A stretch of 64,000 bases of DNA from Octopus sinensis (Eukaryota). The stretch is from assembly GCF_006345805.1 (NCBI RefSeq), contig NC_043009.1:6324001-6388000 (forward strand), given 5' to 3'. Position numbers and translations under genes: made by a program. The notes beneath the pieces are model-generated. The model made no database searches. It saw only the letters and a program-made list of their open reading frames with translations, and was not told where the DNA came from. Positions 1 to 14,299 of this stretch are shown in pieces; the stretch's first letter is position 1, and each line of letters begins with the position of its first letter.

Positions 1-664
1 TTCTCTTTCTCTGTATCTCCCTTACTCATCCTCCCTTGCTAACGTGGCTCCCACGAGATCATAGGCCATCTTTCTTTCTTCTCCGAAATTGTGTTTCTTT
101 CTTTCTATCCGTTGTAGCTGGAGCAAGGAAGACGTGTTCTTGTCTGTCTCCTGTCCAAGCCTGCTTTACGCCTTCGCCACCACAACCTCGTTTAGGCGTA
201 GCAGCACTTGCTGTTTATTTTCCCTGTTCTGTTTGTGTTACCAGTTTTGACACTCAGCAAAATCTCGAATTTTATTTAATTTGCTTTGCGGGAGTAACTG
301 ACTTATCGAAAGCGTATATTGTTGTTAAATGCGTATATTGTTGTTAAATACGAGAGTAGAAAAACAGCCAGCAAGTGATGAAGTTTCGTTCTTTATGTCG
401 TTTGTCATGTTTTCTAATTGGGTCTTTCGTTATTCGAAAAAATAGTTCATATTCAATTTTCTCGTACTTCTTTGTTCGTATTTTTGTTGTACACATTTCA
501 TGTCGCCCTGTGCCCATATATGCATACATATATACATATAAATGCAAATACGTACATATACGTTTGTATATATGCATATATATATTATTTATTTATGTCT
601 ATATATATCATTTATTTATGCACGTATATATATTATTTATATTATTATTTGATTGGACGCCACG

Positions 665-1545
665 CAAATGTAGCTAACGCTTAAGGGTGGATGCTACTGT
701 AGCTCGTCGCCCGAGAAGGCTACAAGGATCCCGTTCGCCTGATGTATATAGAAGGGAAGAGAGAACAGGAGATGCAGTAGATGACATTGGTAGAAGTGCA
801 GGTGAAGGAGTTGGTAATATGATAGGGTCCATGATGGGTGCCGGTGATGAAGTGGCGATCCATGAGTTGAGACTGAGTCTGAGAGTCATGCTCGTCACTA
901 CAGAGCCTGCGTAGACGGAGGAATTGGGAATAGGGGGTGGAAAGCCTGGTATGTGTGAATCTGTGTATTTGTTGTGTATAAAAGTGGTGAGAGTGGAGTG
1001 ATGAGTGCTGGCCGAAATGTCATGAAAGGAGACACAGGTGTCAGAGATATTGCAGGAGAAGTGGAGGGCAGGATGGAAAGATTTGACAGAAAGGAAGGCG
1101 CCTAGTTGTTCGCAGGAGTGTAAGGTTGCCCCGATACAGTCGTCAATATAACGACCGTATAGTTCGGGAGTGGGACCAGTGAAACTTGAGAATATTTGGG
1201 CCTCACCGTAGCCAACGAACAGGTTCGCCTAGTTGTGTTTGTGGATTTGGGGGAGGAAGTTAACTGTGTGCGTGTGAGGGTGCGGAAAATGCGGTTGGGG
1301 GAAGTGCAGGAGAGGGGAGGAAGAGATGAGGTCATGGATAGTGGAAGACACAATCTGTTGGTAGCTGGGCGTGGGATCAGAGGGCAAATAGTAGTAGAAG
1401 GAGGTATGTTGAAGTTGGTGGAGAGCTTCCGCTTTGTAGATGACCGCGCGTCACACCACCACGGCTCCATCCTTGTCGGCCGGTTTTATGATGATGTCAG
1501 TGCGGTATCGGAGACATCAAAGGGCCGAGAGTTAGGCTGGTGAGA
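665..1545 (-). mobile_element. Penelope-like retroelement (RT plus GIY-YIG endonuclease), degenerate and internally deleted
   Basis: Manual minus-strand translation across frameshifts gives, in order: RTDIIIKPADKDGAVVV (~1500-1454), YLPSDPTPSYQQIVSSTI, FLPQIHK, ANLFVGYGEAQIF..ELYGRYIDDCIGA (YIDD at 1139-1150), SFHPALHFSCNISDTCVSFHD, IPYSQFLRLRRLCSD and SFTCTSTNVIYCISCSL..IYI (GIY-YIG, ~730-800). These are hallmark PLE motifs. Confidence 0.9.
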
Positions 1546-2554
1546 TATTCAGATGATGGAGACGCCTGGAGAAGTACATAAATACGTACATGCATATACA
1601 CATGTACGTATTTATATACTCATGTATGGATGCATGTATATGTGTATAGCAATCATGTGGACCAATTACAACCTCCCTAGGACCATGGTTAGCTGATTGT
1701 GTTATTAGCATTTCTGTCTGACAGAATACTTTCACTTTCATAACTACAAATTCACATCGAACTTCCTTCTGACACACCTGGAATATTATTGCCCCCTTAA
1801 CGTATCATCATACTGTATAAAACAAAATAAGAATTGAGGCACATCAGAAGAAGTACAGTGAGAAACAAATAATAAATGTTATGCTATTTCTTGACCGTTG
1901 TAACCAGCTTAGAACCATGAACGATGATGAAAACATTGACTGGCACATTTCAATGAGACGAAATACTATATTAGAAATAAAGCATGAGGTATTAACTTTA
2001 CGGAAATGAGTCTAAGGGCCAGAGACGTCAGATACGAATTTAGAAATTCTATTGTTCCAGGACAAATGCAAAAACCTAAAAAGAAAATCTCAAAAATCTT
2101 CAACAGAAGAAGACAAAACCAGTACAGGCATATGTGTGTGTATGGGTATTTGTGCGTGTCTACATATATATGCAAGGTTATATATACATAAATACATGTA
2201 TATGTATATGTATATATAAATATATATCTATATGTACAATGTATGTGTGTGTTTGTAAGTGTGTTTAGTGTGCAATATATTAATGTAGTGTGAAAATGTT
2301 AGGTTATGTTTAAACTTGTAGCATCGCAGATGAGAGGATCCATAGAATAATAAAAGGCGAGCAATAATAGTTTTATTGGCTGTATGTCATGCGTGTTCTG
2401 CAGTTTGTTCAACATCACGATTGATATCGGTCTTGCAAAGAATTGATTCTTAAAACGTTAACAGAAAAGCGTGTGCATGTCTGTTGGATCAAATCCAAAA
2501 ACATGTCAATATAATTTGTATATTTCTAACACACACACACACACGTACATACGC

Positions 2555-2586
<32 letters not shown>

Positions 2587-2812
2587 TATATATATATGAG
2601 CATTTATATAGAGCGAGAGAGAGGAAGAGACTAAGATGGACAGAGAGGAATTGAGATGGGCAAAGAGAGAGAGAGACAGACAAACAGACATACAGACAGA
2701 CAGACATATTTCGGGTCGTGTACACGACTGAAAACTGACAGGGAATGGAAAGTGTGAAAGTAACACTTATCATGCAAACTAACAGTAATATTGACAAAGG
2801 AAATGAAGATTT

Positions 2813-3012
<200 letters not shown>

Positions 3013-3126
3013 AGAAAATGTCTTTCATGAATTTGCACTACAACTACAGGAAACATTTTTACATCATATATATATTCGTACATACACGCATACACACACA
3101 TGTAATATATATATATAATATATATA

Positions 3127-3183
<57 letters not shown>

Positions 3184-3541
3184 ATATACATATATATACA
3201 TTGAAATATATATACGTATGTGCGTGTGTATGTATATATATGCATTTCTACATACAGTTAGATATGTGCGTTTATATTTCGTTTCGTATCACACAATGAT
3301 TATGGTACATATACAAATAATATACACTTTCCCGGGTAAGCAGGAATAACAGTAAAAACAAAACGAACACAACAGAAGCATACACTAAAATTCAATATTA
3401 ATACATATATATTCATAAAAATGTATTACGAAATTCGCTAGTCCTGTCCTGATCGGCAACGTTAGCTTCTAAATAAATAAACACTATATAAGGAGTATCT
3501 AATATACTACGATATAAATATGTCAATATCAAACATAGTGT

Positions 3542-3594
<53 letters not shown>

Positions 3595-6500
3595 GAGAGA
3601 GAGAGGGAGGGAGAAACAGACGGACAGATAGACAGACAGAGAAAGAAACACAGAGAGTAGGGATAATTGCATAGAATAAACTCAAAGGGTAGGCCTATGG
3701 GACGGTCGGCCAAGTTATTTTGAGAAAATTTGGTTTAAATGTTTGACAACTCAGCTCTATCCATTATAGGGGGGCGTTTTGCTCGTATATATGCATACAT
3801 ACACACACACATACACATATATACATATATATATTGACTGATTTGCGCTAGTAGATCACCTGATCGAGGTAAACATGGCAGCTTTCAGGGAGATATGGTC
3901 GCTACGTTTTATACCAACTTATATTTTAATGCCGATAACCTTCTATAGGTCTCCTAGAATTTGTAGACTTTATAGGCATTAAATTTAAGGGCTTAATGAT
4001 GAAACTAATTGCAGTAGTAACCAGTTGACGATAGAGAAATATAGCCTTAATTTATTCACTTTGATTTGAAAGGTTCCAAAGCTTTTGTCTGTAAAAGCAT
4101 TTGCATTATAACAACATATAATATATAATCGTTAAAAGAGTCAGGTAATGCAGGTTTCTTCTCTCACAGCAAATGTAATGAAAATAAGTGAATATATGTG
4201 CGCTGGTGTGCAGTAACCTATTTTATTCATAGTATTCATCGAAACAAAATCGTCTATTTTTCTTTCACAGAATAACCTATATCCTTTACTTATGCACTTG
4301 AAACCCCTGCATAATACAAATCATTAATTTGATGATTAATGATTGTCTCTAAATGAAGGAGTTTACAACTGATCCTTTTTGTCCAGAGATTAATATTTCT
4401 GTAGACAATTTCTTTGAAAGAAAAATAATTTCCCAAGTAACAAATATATGTGCCTCAATCCTCTTGCATTGCATCTTAGACGTTGTGAATTTATAAGTCA
4501 AAAGTGAATTCATAAGTCAAAAGTGAATTAGCAATATTAAACAAAGTATAATATGCTCCTATGCTACTAATGGCCACGAGAAAATTGTTGTCACATATAT
4601 GAATTTCTCGGAAAGAAAGTGATGAAAGACTGCATCTACAAGTTGACATCATCCTATTATCATGCTTTTAGTGTTATTGTATTAAATTTCAGCATTCAAG
4701 AAACGAAAGTTTCATAATTATGTCCTAAAGTAATTCGTAGGTCATACTGATAAATATTTCTAAATGTAACACATCAACAGTCAGCACTTTCATACGTAGT
4801 GTTTAGAAGTTACTAATAGATATATACTTTCCATTATTAGTCATAAAGAAATAGAATTATTTTATGGACGCTGTAAGAGCTAAAACAGCAAAATCTCGCA
4901 TTTATAGCAGCAAATATCTTCAAACAAGAACTCTAAACCTCCATGCTGCTGGTCGAAACGGAATATTGTATAAAATACAGATAAACATTAGCCACTGGTT
5001 GATAACTGTTATATTATTTTCGATGAAGTGTTACTGAATATCTAACAGGATATTCTATGAACGAATGAGAATTGTCTGTTCTTTATTGCATTCATGTTAT
5101 TTTCATATTCAGCTGTCACTCGGCGATATGCAGTCGTTCAAGGTTATGAAACATCTCCTGAAACAGCTCGCAGCCGTCGAACTAATGACTCTACCATTTG
5201 AAAGGAACTGAATCATACGTTCGTGCTTCACTTACTAATCAGTGAAACCAACCCTCGTCGATAATAATGGCTGCCTGCGAAGTGTCTGAACGGTTCCGTG
5301 TAGTTTGAATCTCCGAAAATGTCAGTAATGTAAACCTAAGTCAATAACTGTTAATTAAAAGTATTTCACCATTGTTTCATGTGGCGATTGCTTTATATGT
5401 TGTATGAACTTCAGTTTATATGACTGTATATTTATCCTGGTATCTGTCCTTATATGTGAGTGCCTTTATGTTTGTAATCAACTGACCTTTGAACCTGGTA
5501 ATTTCCTCTCCAGCCAAAGTCTGTTTGGTGAAAGACTAACCGTTCCCGCATCCATACAAGTCTTCCAACTCTATGACACAGATCCTTTCCGAGGCAAAGA
5601 TACCGCTGGTAAAGCATTTCAGAACACAATAACTAGACTAGATAGTACAACACAACCATCATATAATCTCACAATTCTGATCTGGTAATTCATCACTTCC
5701 CGATAAAAGAAATGCAAATTCGACTTCAGTAGGTTTTAATTCAGAACCAATACCAAAAGAACACTTAATACAAGGCGTTCTTGCCAAATTCGAAGGTCTT
5801 ACAAGCAGCCAAAATGCACTTACAATGACGCTCTTACAACACAGCCAAGTCATATCAGTTGTTCTTAAATGTGTGTCTATTTTTCTTAATGGCCATCCTC
5901 CAAATGAAATCCAATCTTTATATATTTAATTTTGCCTCTACCAATTTATTGTAGAATATTGTCTAATATTCTATGCAAGTATCAAATATACTTATACGCC
6001 CGTTATAAAACGTCTATCATTTAAGCGTCATAACGTACGCATCTATCTATCTATCTACCTATCTATTTATTCTATCTGTGTATCTGTTTGTCTGCCTGTC
6101 TGTCTGCCTGGCAGTCTATATCACTCACTCGCCCTCTCTCTTCCCCTTTGTCCTTCTCTCTCATGTTGTATATTTATGGTTTTTTTTTTAGCTTTCAAGA
6201 GTTATGATCGAGTGGGAACGTCCCCTGTTTGACCTATCTCACTAAATAAATTAAATACCCTATGCTATTTAAGAATATTTCTAAATGAAAGCTAGCATTT
6301 TGTTCTAGACCAATGCTTTCTCTTTATTCTGCAATATATCAGATTTTATATCCTATATGTGTTTTGACATGTATGATAAATGATATTTTTTGTCATTGTT
6401 TTTTATACATATATTATCAAGTAGGTGCCGCATAATACTCCGGAAATGGATGAATGCAACCTACATCTTCCGCTGTGTGACATCATTTTTGCTTATAAAC

Positions 6501-7464
6501 CATTGAATATCCTTTTACGGAAATTGCAGTTGATTTTCAACATTTTTCTCACCTGCATATGGTACATATACAAATATTTTTTCCGACAGACACAAACATA
6601 CACACACACACACACACACATGCAGATATATATATATATATATATATAAACATATGCGGTGGGGTGCATATATGTACATATGTAATAATACATATATATT
6701 GTGTGTATGTAAGCTTGGTTAATATACACACACGTGCACACATATTTACATAAATGTATATGTAAGTGTGTGTGTGTGTGTGTATGTGTGTGCGTCCGTA
6801 TACGTAGGTATGTGTGTAGATGAATAGTTCTGATAGTCTCCAGTCTGATTAAAGCTTATCAAGTTTTACTCCTTTCAGCAAATTGTCTATTCTCAATATT
6901 CATTTTTTTCCGAAATATTTTTTGTACACTATGACTTTTTATGAGTGTTCGCAATATTTTCATTTAGACATAAACGTTCATATGTTGTATTACATTTTTC
7001 TCCTCAAACGATTCATGTGCCATGGAGTGCTTTTAATGCAACAGGCATTATTTTTACCATTGTCTCTCATGTTTTATGCGTGCGTTCTTTAATATTATTT
7101 TTACAGAGTTCTTTCTTCTGGGGTTGGGTTCCAAAAACAGAGAAGCCAGTTTTATTTTTAAAGCTTTATTATAGAATAAATCTGAAATACTTTAAAAAAT
7201 TGATCTAGGTGGCTACACACAATACAATGTAGCGTTTCCAAAATATTCGATAATTACCCCTCTATTATGTAATGAACAAAATGAAAATTAATTCATTTAG
7301 TCTCACCTCTAAATATTTGAAATAATCAGAGCAAATTTTAGCGTATTCTAATGAGTCGGAAGCGAATACAAAAGAAAATAAACACAATAAATAGAAAATT
7401 CAATTATAATTATCTTTTCTTCTAAAAGCACAAGACCTAAAATTTAAAGAAGCTTAGGTAGGCG

Positions 7465-7620
7465 ATTGTATCGATGCCACTACTTAACTGGTAGTTATCT
7501 AATCGATGAAAGTCAAAGGCGACTTCGGTGGAGCGGAATTTGAACTCAGACCGCGAAGACAAACGAAGTGGCATTATGCATATTTCCCGGCATGTTAACT
7601 ATTCTGTAAGCTCGCCGCCT
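7465..7620 (-). mobile_element. tRNA-derived SINE family A, degenerate copy
   Basis: Contains gcggaatttgaactcaga (reverse of the B-box region) and ends in gctcgccgcc, the reverse of the ggcggcgagc head seen at 54502. Confidence 0.75.
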
Positions 7621-7689
7621 TTGCAATAATTGTAATGATAATAATAATTTGAAACGTCGGCGCTATAACAGTAGTTTCTAGGTAGGGTG

Positions 7690-7855
7690 GTAGTCGACTA
7701 TATCGATACAGTATTCGACAGGTACTTATTCTCTATTTTGCCGACCCTATAAGGATTAAAAGCAAAGAGGACTTGAGCGGAATTTCAACTCAACCCGAAA
7801 AAATACTGCAATACATTTTGTCCGATGTGATAACAATTCTCCCAGTTCTGCGTCT
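7690..7855 (-). mobile_element. SINE family A, degenerate copy
   Basis: agtcgact..atcgat..ggtacttatt..gcggaatttcaactca resembles the 55526-55755 copy. Confidence 0.65.
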
Positions 7856-7869
7856 TAATAATTTTTTCT

Positions 7870-8065
7870 AGGATAGGCATGAGCATTAAAATTTTGCGGG
7901 AATGGTTTAGTCGATTAAATCTACCCCAGTAGTTGACTCTTAGTTATTTTATCAACTTGGAATTGATGAAAAGGAAAGTCGATCGGAAAGGAATTTGAAA
8001 TCAGAACATAAAGCCAGATGAAATGCCGCTAAACATTTTGTCATGCTAACAGTTCTACCACTTGC
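7870..8065 (-). mobile_element. SINE family A, degenerate copy
   Basis: tagtcgattaaatctaccccagt..aaagtcgatcggaaaggaatttgaaatcagaac..gctaac resembles family A. Confidence 0.7.
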
Positions 8066-10049
8066 AGAATCGGTAATACGTAAAATAGGCAGCGCCGTCG
8101 ATGCGGCAGCGTATACTACGAATACCATACTAGTATTCTCATCTGGAAAACTTGTATCAATGGATTCTGATTTAGTTTCAAAAGACATCAATAAATTCAA
8201 TTCGTGAAATAACAAGTGACAACATAGAATTTAAATTGATACTTACACCAGGCTTTATGTATTAATCAGAAACAATGGTATGGACACTGATACTTACAGA
8301 ATTAACCACCCCAGTAACTATAAGCCAACTCTGATTTTAATGACACTGGTGAGTACGATCTGCAACATTTCTTTGGCTTTCTAAATGGTTTACTAAATGC
8401 AAAACGGTAAACCTTCAGTTGTACTAAACCGTTAAAATTTGGAAATTATTATGTATTAGATTAGTACACTAATGGGTTGATCAATATACCTACTAATCAG
8501 CCTTTTAGATATTAGGTTAGTAGAGTTAATGATATGCCGGGAATTATTAAACTGGTTGCATACATCGTAAGCTAAAACTAAATTGCGTATTAAGAAATAT
8601 AATCATGCTACGGAAGAGTATCAGTGGACACAAATTTTGAGTGGCGTTATTGTAATTGTATGGATTTATAGAATCTAAGTCGCTACAAAATCTGATAAAA
8701 AACATTCGTGTTCAGAAAGAAAAAAATATTAAAAAACGTATGTCCATGTTCTTTCGTACTAAAATAAATTGAACATTAAAATTTAATACAGCAGAAGAAA
8801 CTAACTGTCAGTTTAGTCATCAGACTAAATATTTCTGATGTTAGTTTTGTTTCAAATCAAATATATGATTGCAAAGTAAATATTTAGAAAAGAGTTCAAA
8901 TAAATTAATAATGTAAAAATTACAAGAAAACAGTGTAAATAATATATAAAGAAATGTAATATTTATTCATCACTGCACTGAATCTTTTACATTAACAACG
9001 TTAATTATCATTTGACAACCAATTATTCAGAAATAATATTTCAATAATGAATAAAATTTATATATAAATATAATATAAATATATATATCTTAATATACGA
9101 AAAGAAAAAAAAAGATAGAAGCAAATTAAAACAATGGTTGATTCATTACATCAGTGAAGCATGAAGTGTTAAGACTATCTGTCAGAGTATTTAATAGGTT
9201 ACGAATTTGTATTCAACAAGTCTTGAATTTAAATTATCTTTCCTGAGTCATGCTTCAACAATTTAGCCATTTTAAATTCTCACTGTTTGCGGTTGTAGCG
9301 CCGTATGAAAAGTAGCATATTAACGAGAAAAAAAAGCCATTCTCTGTTTATATTGTAGAAATAAAAGCAAAAAATACTGTGACGTCTAGGTGGAAAATAT
9401 TGAATATATATATATGTAATAAAATACAAAAGAAAAACTCATCAACATGCTTTCTATTGAGAACCATAGTTACAGTACATACCCGCGTGGTCATACAAAA
9501 CAGCGCAGCTTGATTTATAATTAGGACAGAAATTATTTTTAAAAAATGAAAATATTGTAGCATGTAGATATGAAACAGAGGCACCATTCAGTTTAGGGCC
9601 ATTTTTTGTTATAGAATAAGGCTTTAATCACCGCGGTTTGCATAACGTACGAGAACGTGGATAATAAGGGCCATGGTAGGCGCCATTGTGGGTTTCAAAT
9701 CATTCATGCACGATTAATTGCCCTCGAACGAGATAAATAATATAACAGACAAGATAATCCCTCTTCTGTGTGGCCCTTGACCTACGCTGAGAATACAAAT
9801 TTGTATCGCAAATATCAATATGCTACACTAAGCACAGCGATAGCTATCATGCTTAGCTAGCATTTTCGTCTGCTGTCGTTAATACATTTGATAATATCTT
9901 CTCTGTTATTGCGCCATTTTGTTTATGTCTTTATTGTTGTTTATTAACCACTATGCTTATGGCAATCATGTTAACGATCAACGATACGACTAAAGCTACT
10001 ACTAGGCATAAGAATAAAAATAACTATAATAAACTATGATACATATAAT

Positions 10050-10293
10050 GATGTCTATCATTATTATTATTATTATTGTTATTATTATTATTATTATTAT
10101 TTCTATTATTATTATTATTATTAGTATTATCATCATTGTTGTTGTTATCATCTTCATTATTATTAGTGGTGTTCTTATTCTTTTTTATAAATATTAATAA
10201 TAACAATATTAATGATAATAATTGTAAAACTAAAAAGAACTATTTCTAATATTTAGTTGAATATTATCGTTGTTGTTATTATTATTATTATTA

Positions 10294-10339
<46 letters not shown>

Positions 10340-10413
10340 CATCATCACAGTCGTCCACATCTTCGTCATCAACATCGTCTTTATAAATATCATCGTCTTC
10401 GTCGTCGTCGTTG

Positions 10414-10468
<55 letters not shown>

Positions 10469-10510
10469 AGCCATCATTATCCTACTGACGTTAATAATCG
10501 TCACTATCAT
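10050..10510. repeat. Compound (TTA)n/(CAT)n/(CGT)n microsatellite
   Basis: Directly visible; source of the poly-I/M/N ORFs. Confidence 0.95.
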
Positions 10511-10824
10511 AACGATCATCAATGAGACAGCCACTAATTAATGCGGGAGATCTTAGAAAAAGGATCATAAATGGCAAAATTAAAATAAAATCTCCCCACT
10601 GAGCAACATGACTGGAATACAAGTAATCTCTTTTGAAGATTAGTATTCGCTAAACACGATACAGCATACTGATGATTAAATTACGAAGCAGGAGTCGTTG
10701 TATATTTCTCCCAACCATTGCATTAACTCTTAACTATGAAATAAAAGCAAAAGAGAAAAAAAGACAGATCTTATGACGATAAATTCCCGTTTTTTGTCCC
10801 TACGGTTATATAATAATAAAAAAT

Positions 10825-10842
10825 TACTATTATTATTGTTGT

Positions 10843-10905
<63 letters not shown>

Positions 10906-10940
10906 CAGCAGCAGCAGCAGTAGCAATAGTAGTAGTTGTT

Positions 10941-10977
<37 letters not shown>

Positions 10978-11021
10978 CAGTAACAGCATTAGCAGTAGCA
11001 GTAGTAGCGATAGTAGTAGTG

Positions 11022-11067
<46 letters not shown>

Positions 11068-11100
11068 CAGTAGTAGTGGCACCACCATTATTATTGTTAT
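10825..11100. repeat. (TAG)n/(GCA)n microsatellite
   Basis: Directly visible; source of the poly-V/T/L ORFs. Confidence 0.95.
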
Positions 11101-11829
11101 TAATATTTCTTTTAGCTGCCGCAGGGGCATCAGATGAGGGAACATTAGAAAGTGAGTTTAGAATCTGGTGGGGGGGGGGGTTACGTGAAAATTCAGGGTA
11201 AAGTAATTGAAAGGATGTGAAATGAGAAAAAAAGTACACGGAATATACAGACAGCCATGATGATTATTATTATGATGATAACATCAATAATAATAATGAT
11301 AGAGATGATGATGCTGAAGATGATTAGGATGATGTGGAAGAGGAGGCGGTAGAGGGATATTTTTTTTATAAGGGGACGAAGAGGTACACAAGATTGACGT
11401 TGAATTCTGGGCTACGATGATATAGATGATTGAAAATAACGCGTAATGCAAAGATGAATTGAGGAAGACATCTTACATCTAAAGTAAGAGCAATCGGACA
11501 TATTTAAGTAATTACACAGACAAGAATAAAAGCCATTCATAATTAAAACGAAATGTTATACGAAAAATGAGTTGGAAGAGTCTAGAGGATAGTTTGTTGC
11601 ACAGTAAATCACACCACTGTCACTGTTCGTTCGATTCCTTCTTGCAAACAAAATATTTATTAGTAACTTGGATGTTTGGAAATAGAAAGCACGGTTTTAA
11701 TTCGTTGTTATTTCTTGGTAAATGTTTTACTAATAGTCACGTGCTTCAAATGGTCCACCACCGATTTCGTCTCAGTTATTACTACATCGGTGAAACACGG
11801 CGATTTTATGTCTAGGCTTATCATTCAAC

Positions 11830-12080
11830 TCATCATCATCATCATCATCGTCATCATCGCTATTACCATCATCGTCATCATCGTTATTGTCATCGTCATT
11901 GTCATCGTCATCATCAACATCATCGTCGTTGTCGTCATCATCTTCATCGCCATCATTTTCGACGTCATGATCTTCGTCATCATCGTCGTCGTTGTCGTCA
12001 TCATTATGACCATTATCATCCACAACTTGGTGGTCGCTGTCGTCGTCCTTGGTGCCATCATCATCACCATCGTCAGTCTA
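11830..12080. repeat. Degenerate (CAT/CGT)n microsatellite
   Basis: Directly visible. Confidence 0.9.
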
Positions 12081-12199
12081 ATGAAAGGCATTATTTTTGT
12101 TCTGAGGTTATTGTTTCTCACCTATATTCTTATTTCCTGTCGCTGTACAATATATTCATGACTTATTTGATTTACATTTCCCCGGAAAAAACTAGGGTT

Positions 12200-13750
12200 C
12201 TCTACTTTGCCTCAGTTACCTCCCCCGTCATGTGACGAACTAGTGATGCCGTTAGTAAACGTGTTCTCTTCAGGCCTGTTTACCGGACTATGTACAAGAT
12301 TGTATATTCGGTCATTTGTGTTCCCGAGACTAGTGGCGGACAGAAAAACTGGACTTTCTACTCTAGACAGTTTCAACTTGCCATACCTTACTATTGCTCA
12401 TACAAAAAATATACCTGTCACATACATCATATTATCTAACCCAGCAAATATAACTCAACAATGTTTCCTAAAGTGGAATAGTCATGGCGACGGATACGTG
12501 AATATACTGGCCTCAGAATCGTTGAATTCTAACATGTCTCACCATCATATACTTTACAAAGTTTGTAAAATATATCTTATAAGTACCTTATTTTACCCCA
12601 GAATCGTCGTCAATTTCATTTCTTTCAAACGAAAGAATTCGACTCACCATCATATGGTTCTCCATCATATGATACAAATCTCTCCCCCGGCCGTACTTCT
12701 ATATTTTACAGGAGGAGCACACCACCTTCTATGCTTTCTAGCTTGTAGGGTATATTCCGGGTTGTGTTCTTATTAAGAAATTGGGCTATCACCTCCGGCC
12801 ACGGTACTTTCCTTCAATGCATGAGCGGGAGGTTTTCTAGTGATATAAGTGTTTACTGCTCGGTCATTTAATAGTAAAAGTTGTTGATGTCGCCCTGCAA
12901 CTCTCACATCCTCTCCGCTGCTTTTCGCTAGCGGAATGGGAACTGAGTCTCATGTTTCTCTCTTAGTAATAAGGACGATTTTATTTATTGACTCATGGAA
13001 AGTGGTTGACATATGTTCTTATTGTTGCTTCTTTATTTCTTTCTGTGCATAAAAGCGTTAAATGTGTTTTACCCCCATGTATATGACATTACTTTTGTCT
13101 TTCGTCGCTGCTGAGTTTGAAGGTCTTCCCCCCAGCAGCATTTAGTGAAGACAATTAATTCTGTATTGTGTTCTGGTGTGGTCATGGGGTTTTTATGCCT
13201 ATGCCGATACCACTCTATAACATAGCAGCAAATGCTACATTTCCAGTAATCAGCTACTCCTAATGTCCTTTGAAGGTGATCCTCAAAACGGAATGGGCGA
13301 TAGCCTTAACGCTTACTCTTCTCAAAAATTGGGGGACCAGCTTTTTGGTAAGAGTACCGCATAGTAATTAAACTTATACCATGGCCTCTTCATCTATTTT
13401 AAATATACAATACATATTGTACTAGATTCTTTAGAACATTCTCATTTGAAGCTGCTTTTTTATATTACCTATAACCGTATTTTTCATTTGGTCATGAGTC
13501 TACCTAACGCGTTCTTATTTTACTCTGATCCTTCCGTCACCAATATCCTCAATTGGAGACTTACTCTAGCTTTTACGTATCTAATCTCACCCTTCTAATG
13601 AAGGTTTACTCGACATAGAAAATCCTCATTCATTTCGATCATTCACTCGCTTCACTATTCCAGAAACACCTATAAGAGACTCTGTAGATCTATATTCACT
13701 ATCTAAATTAAATATCGTTTCAAGTGATGCCAGACGGTTAGCTTTTTCAC
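12200..13750 (-). mobile_element. Possible highly decayed L1/Tx1-type LINE ORF2 remnant
   Basis: Microsatellite-free block with many stops. Scattered minus-strand fragments occur in LINE order: YVKARVS..EG, GEICII*WRTI (cf. QTCAIPGRTI), SVRH (cf. SVRQG), ILYIV, EVTEAK (cf. VTGAKIN). Each match is weak. Confidence 0.35.
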
Positions 13751-14299
13751 ATTTATTTTAATCTTTAAAAGATATTTTACTTAAAATAACTGCCTCAGTT
13801 TCTCCAACCTTTGCTTCGATAAAATTCTGAACGCTTTTCTTGCTTTGATAAATCACAGCTAGTTTACATTTATATTCCACCTTTATGAAAGGTTTTGATA
13901 TACTGGTGTACATATGCCTGCAAGCTTCGCTCTGTCGGGAAGTATTTTCCATATCAAGTGGCTTTTGTTTGAAACAAAGTTGCGAAGACGAGCTTGTTAT
14001 TTACGTTTACCATCGACGAAGTATGTACATGCATACATTTATTTTCCTAGTTGTCAAATGACAATATGATGTATGCTGATTTTTCTCTTGCAGTTTTATA
14101 ATTTTTTCCATTTTCTGCCATTTGTTGTTTGCGTGCCCATTAATAAACATTTTTTCAGTTTGATTTCCTTTGTTGTTTAGTTGTTGTAATCTTTTGGCTC
14201 TGCAGCGATTCCGAGGAGAGAAGGAGCCATGTTTGCCCTAATGGTAGGTGGTAGAATTCAAATGAAAATATTTTAACAGCCGAAATGTCCCTGTACGGA

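Noticed and set aside
311-348. 19-bp tandem duplications here and at ~4490-4530
   Set aside because: Ordinary slippage duplications with no further structure.
12207-12776. 189-aa plus-strand ORF as a real gene or gag protein
   Set aside because: No recognisable domain and no convincing knuckle. The opposite strand gives better, though weak, LINE RT traces.
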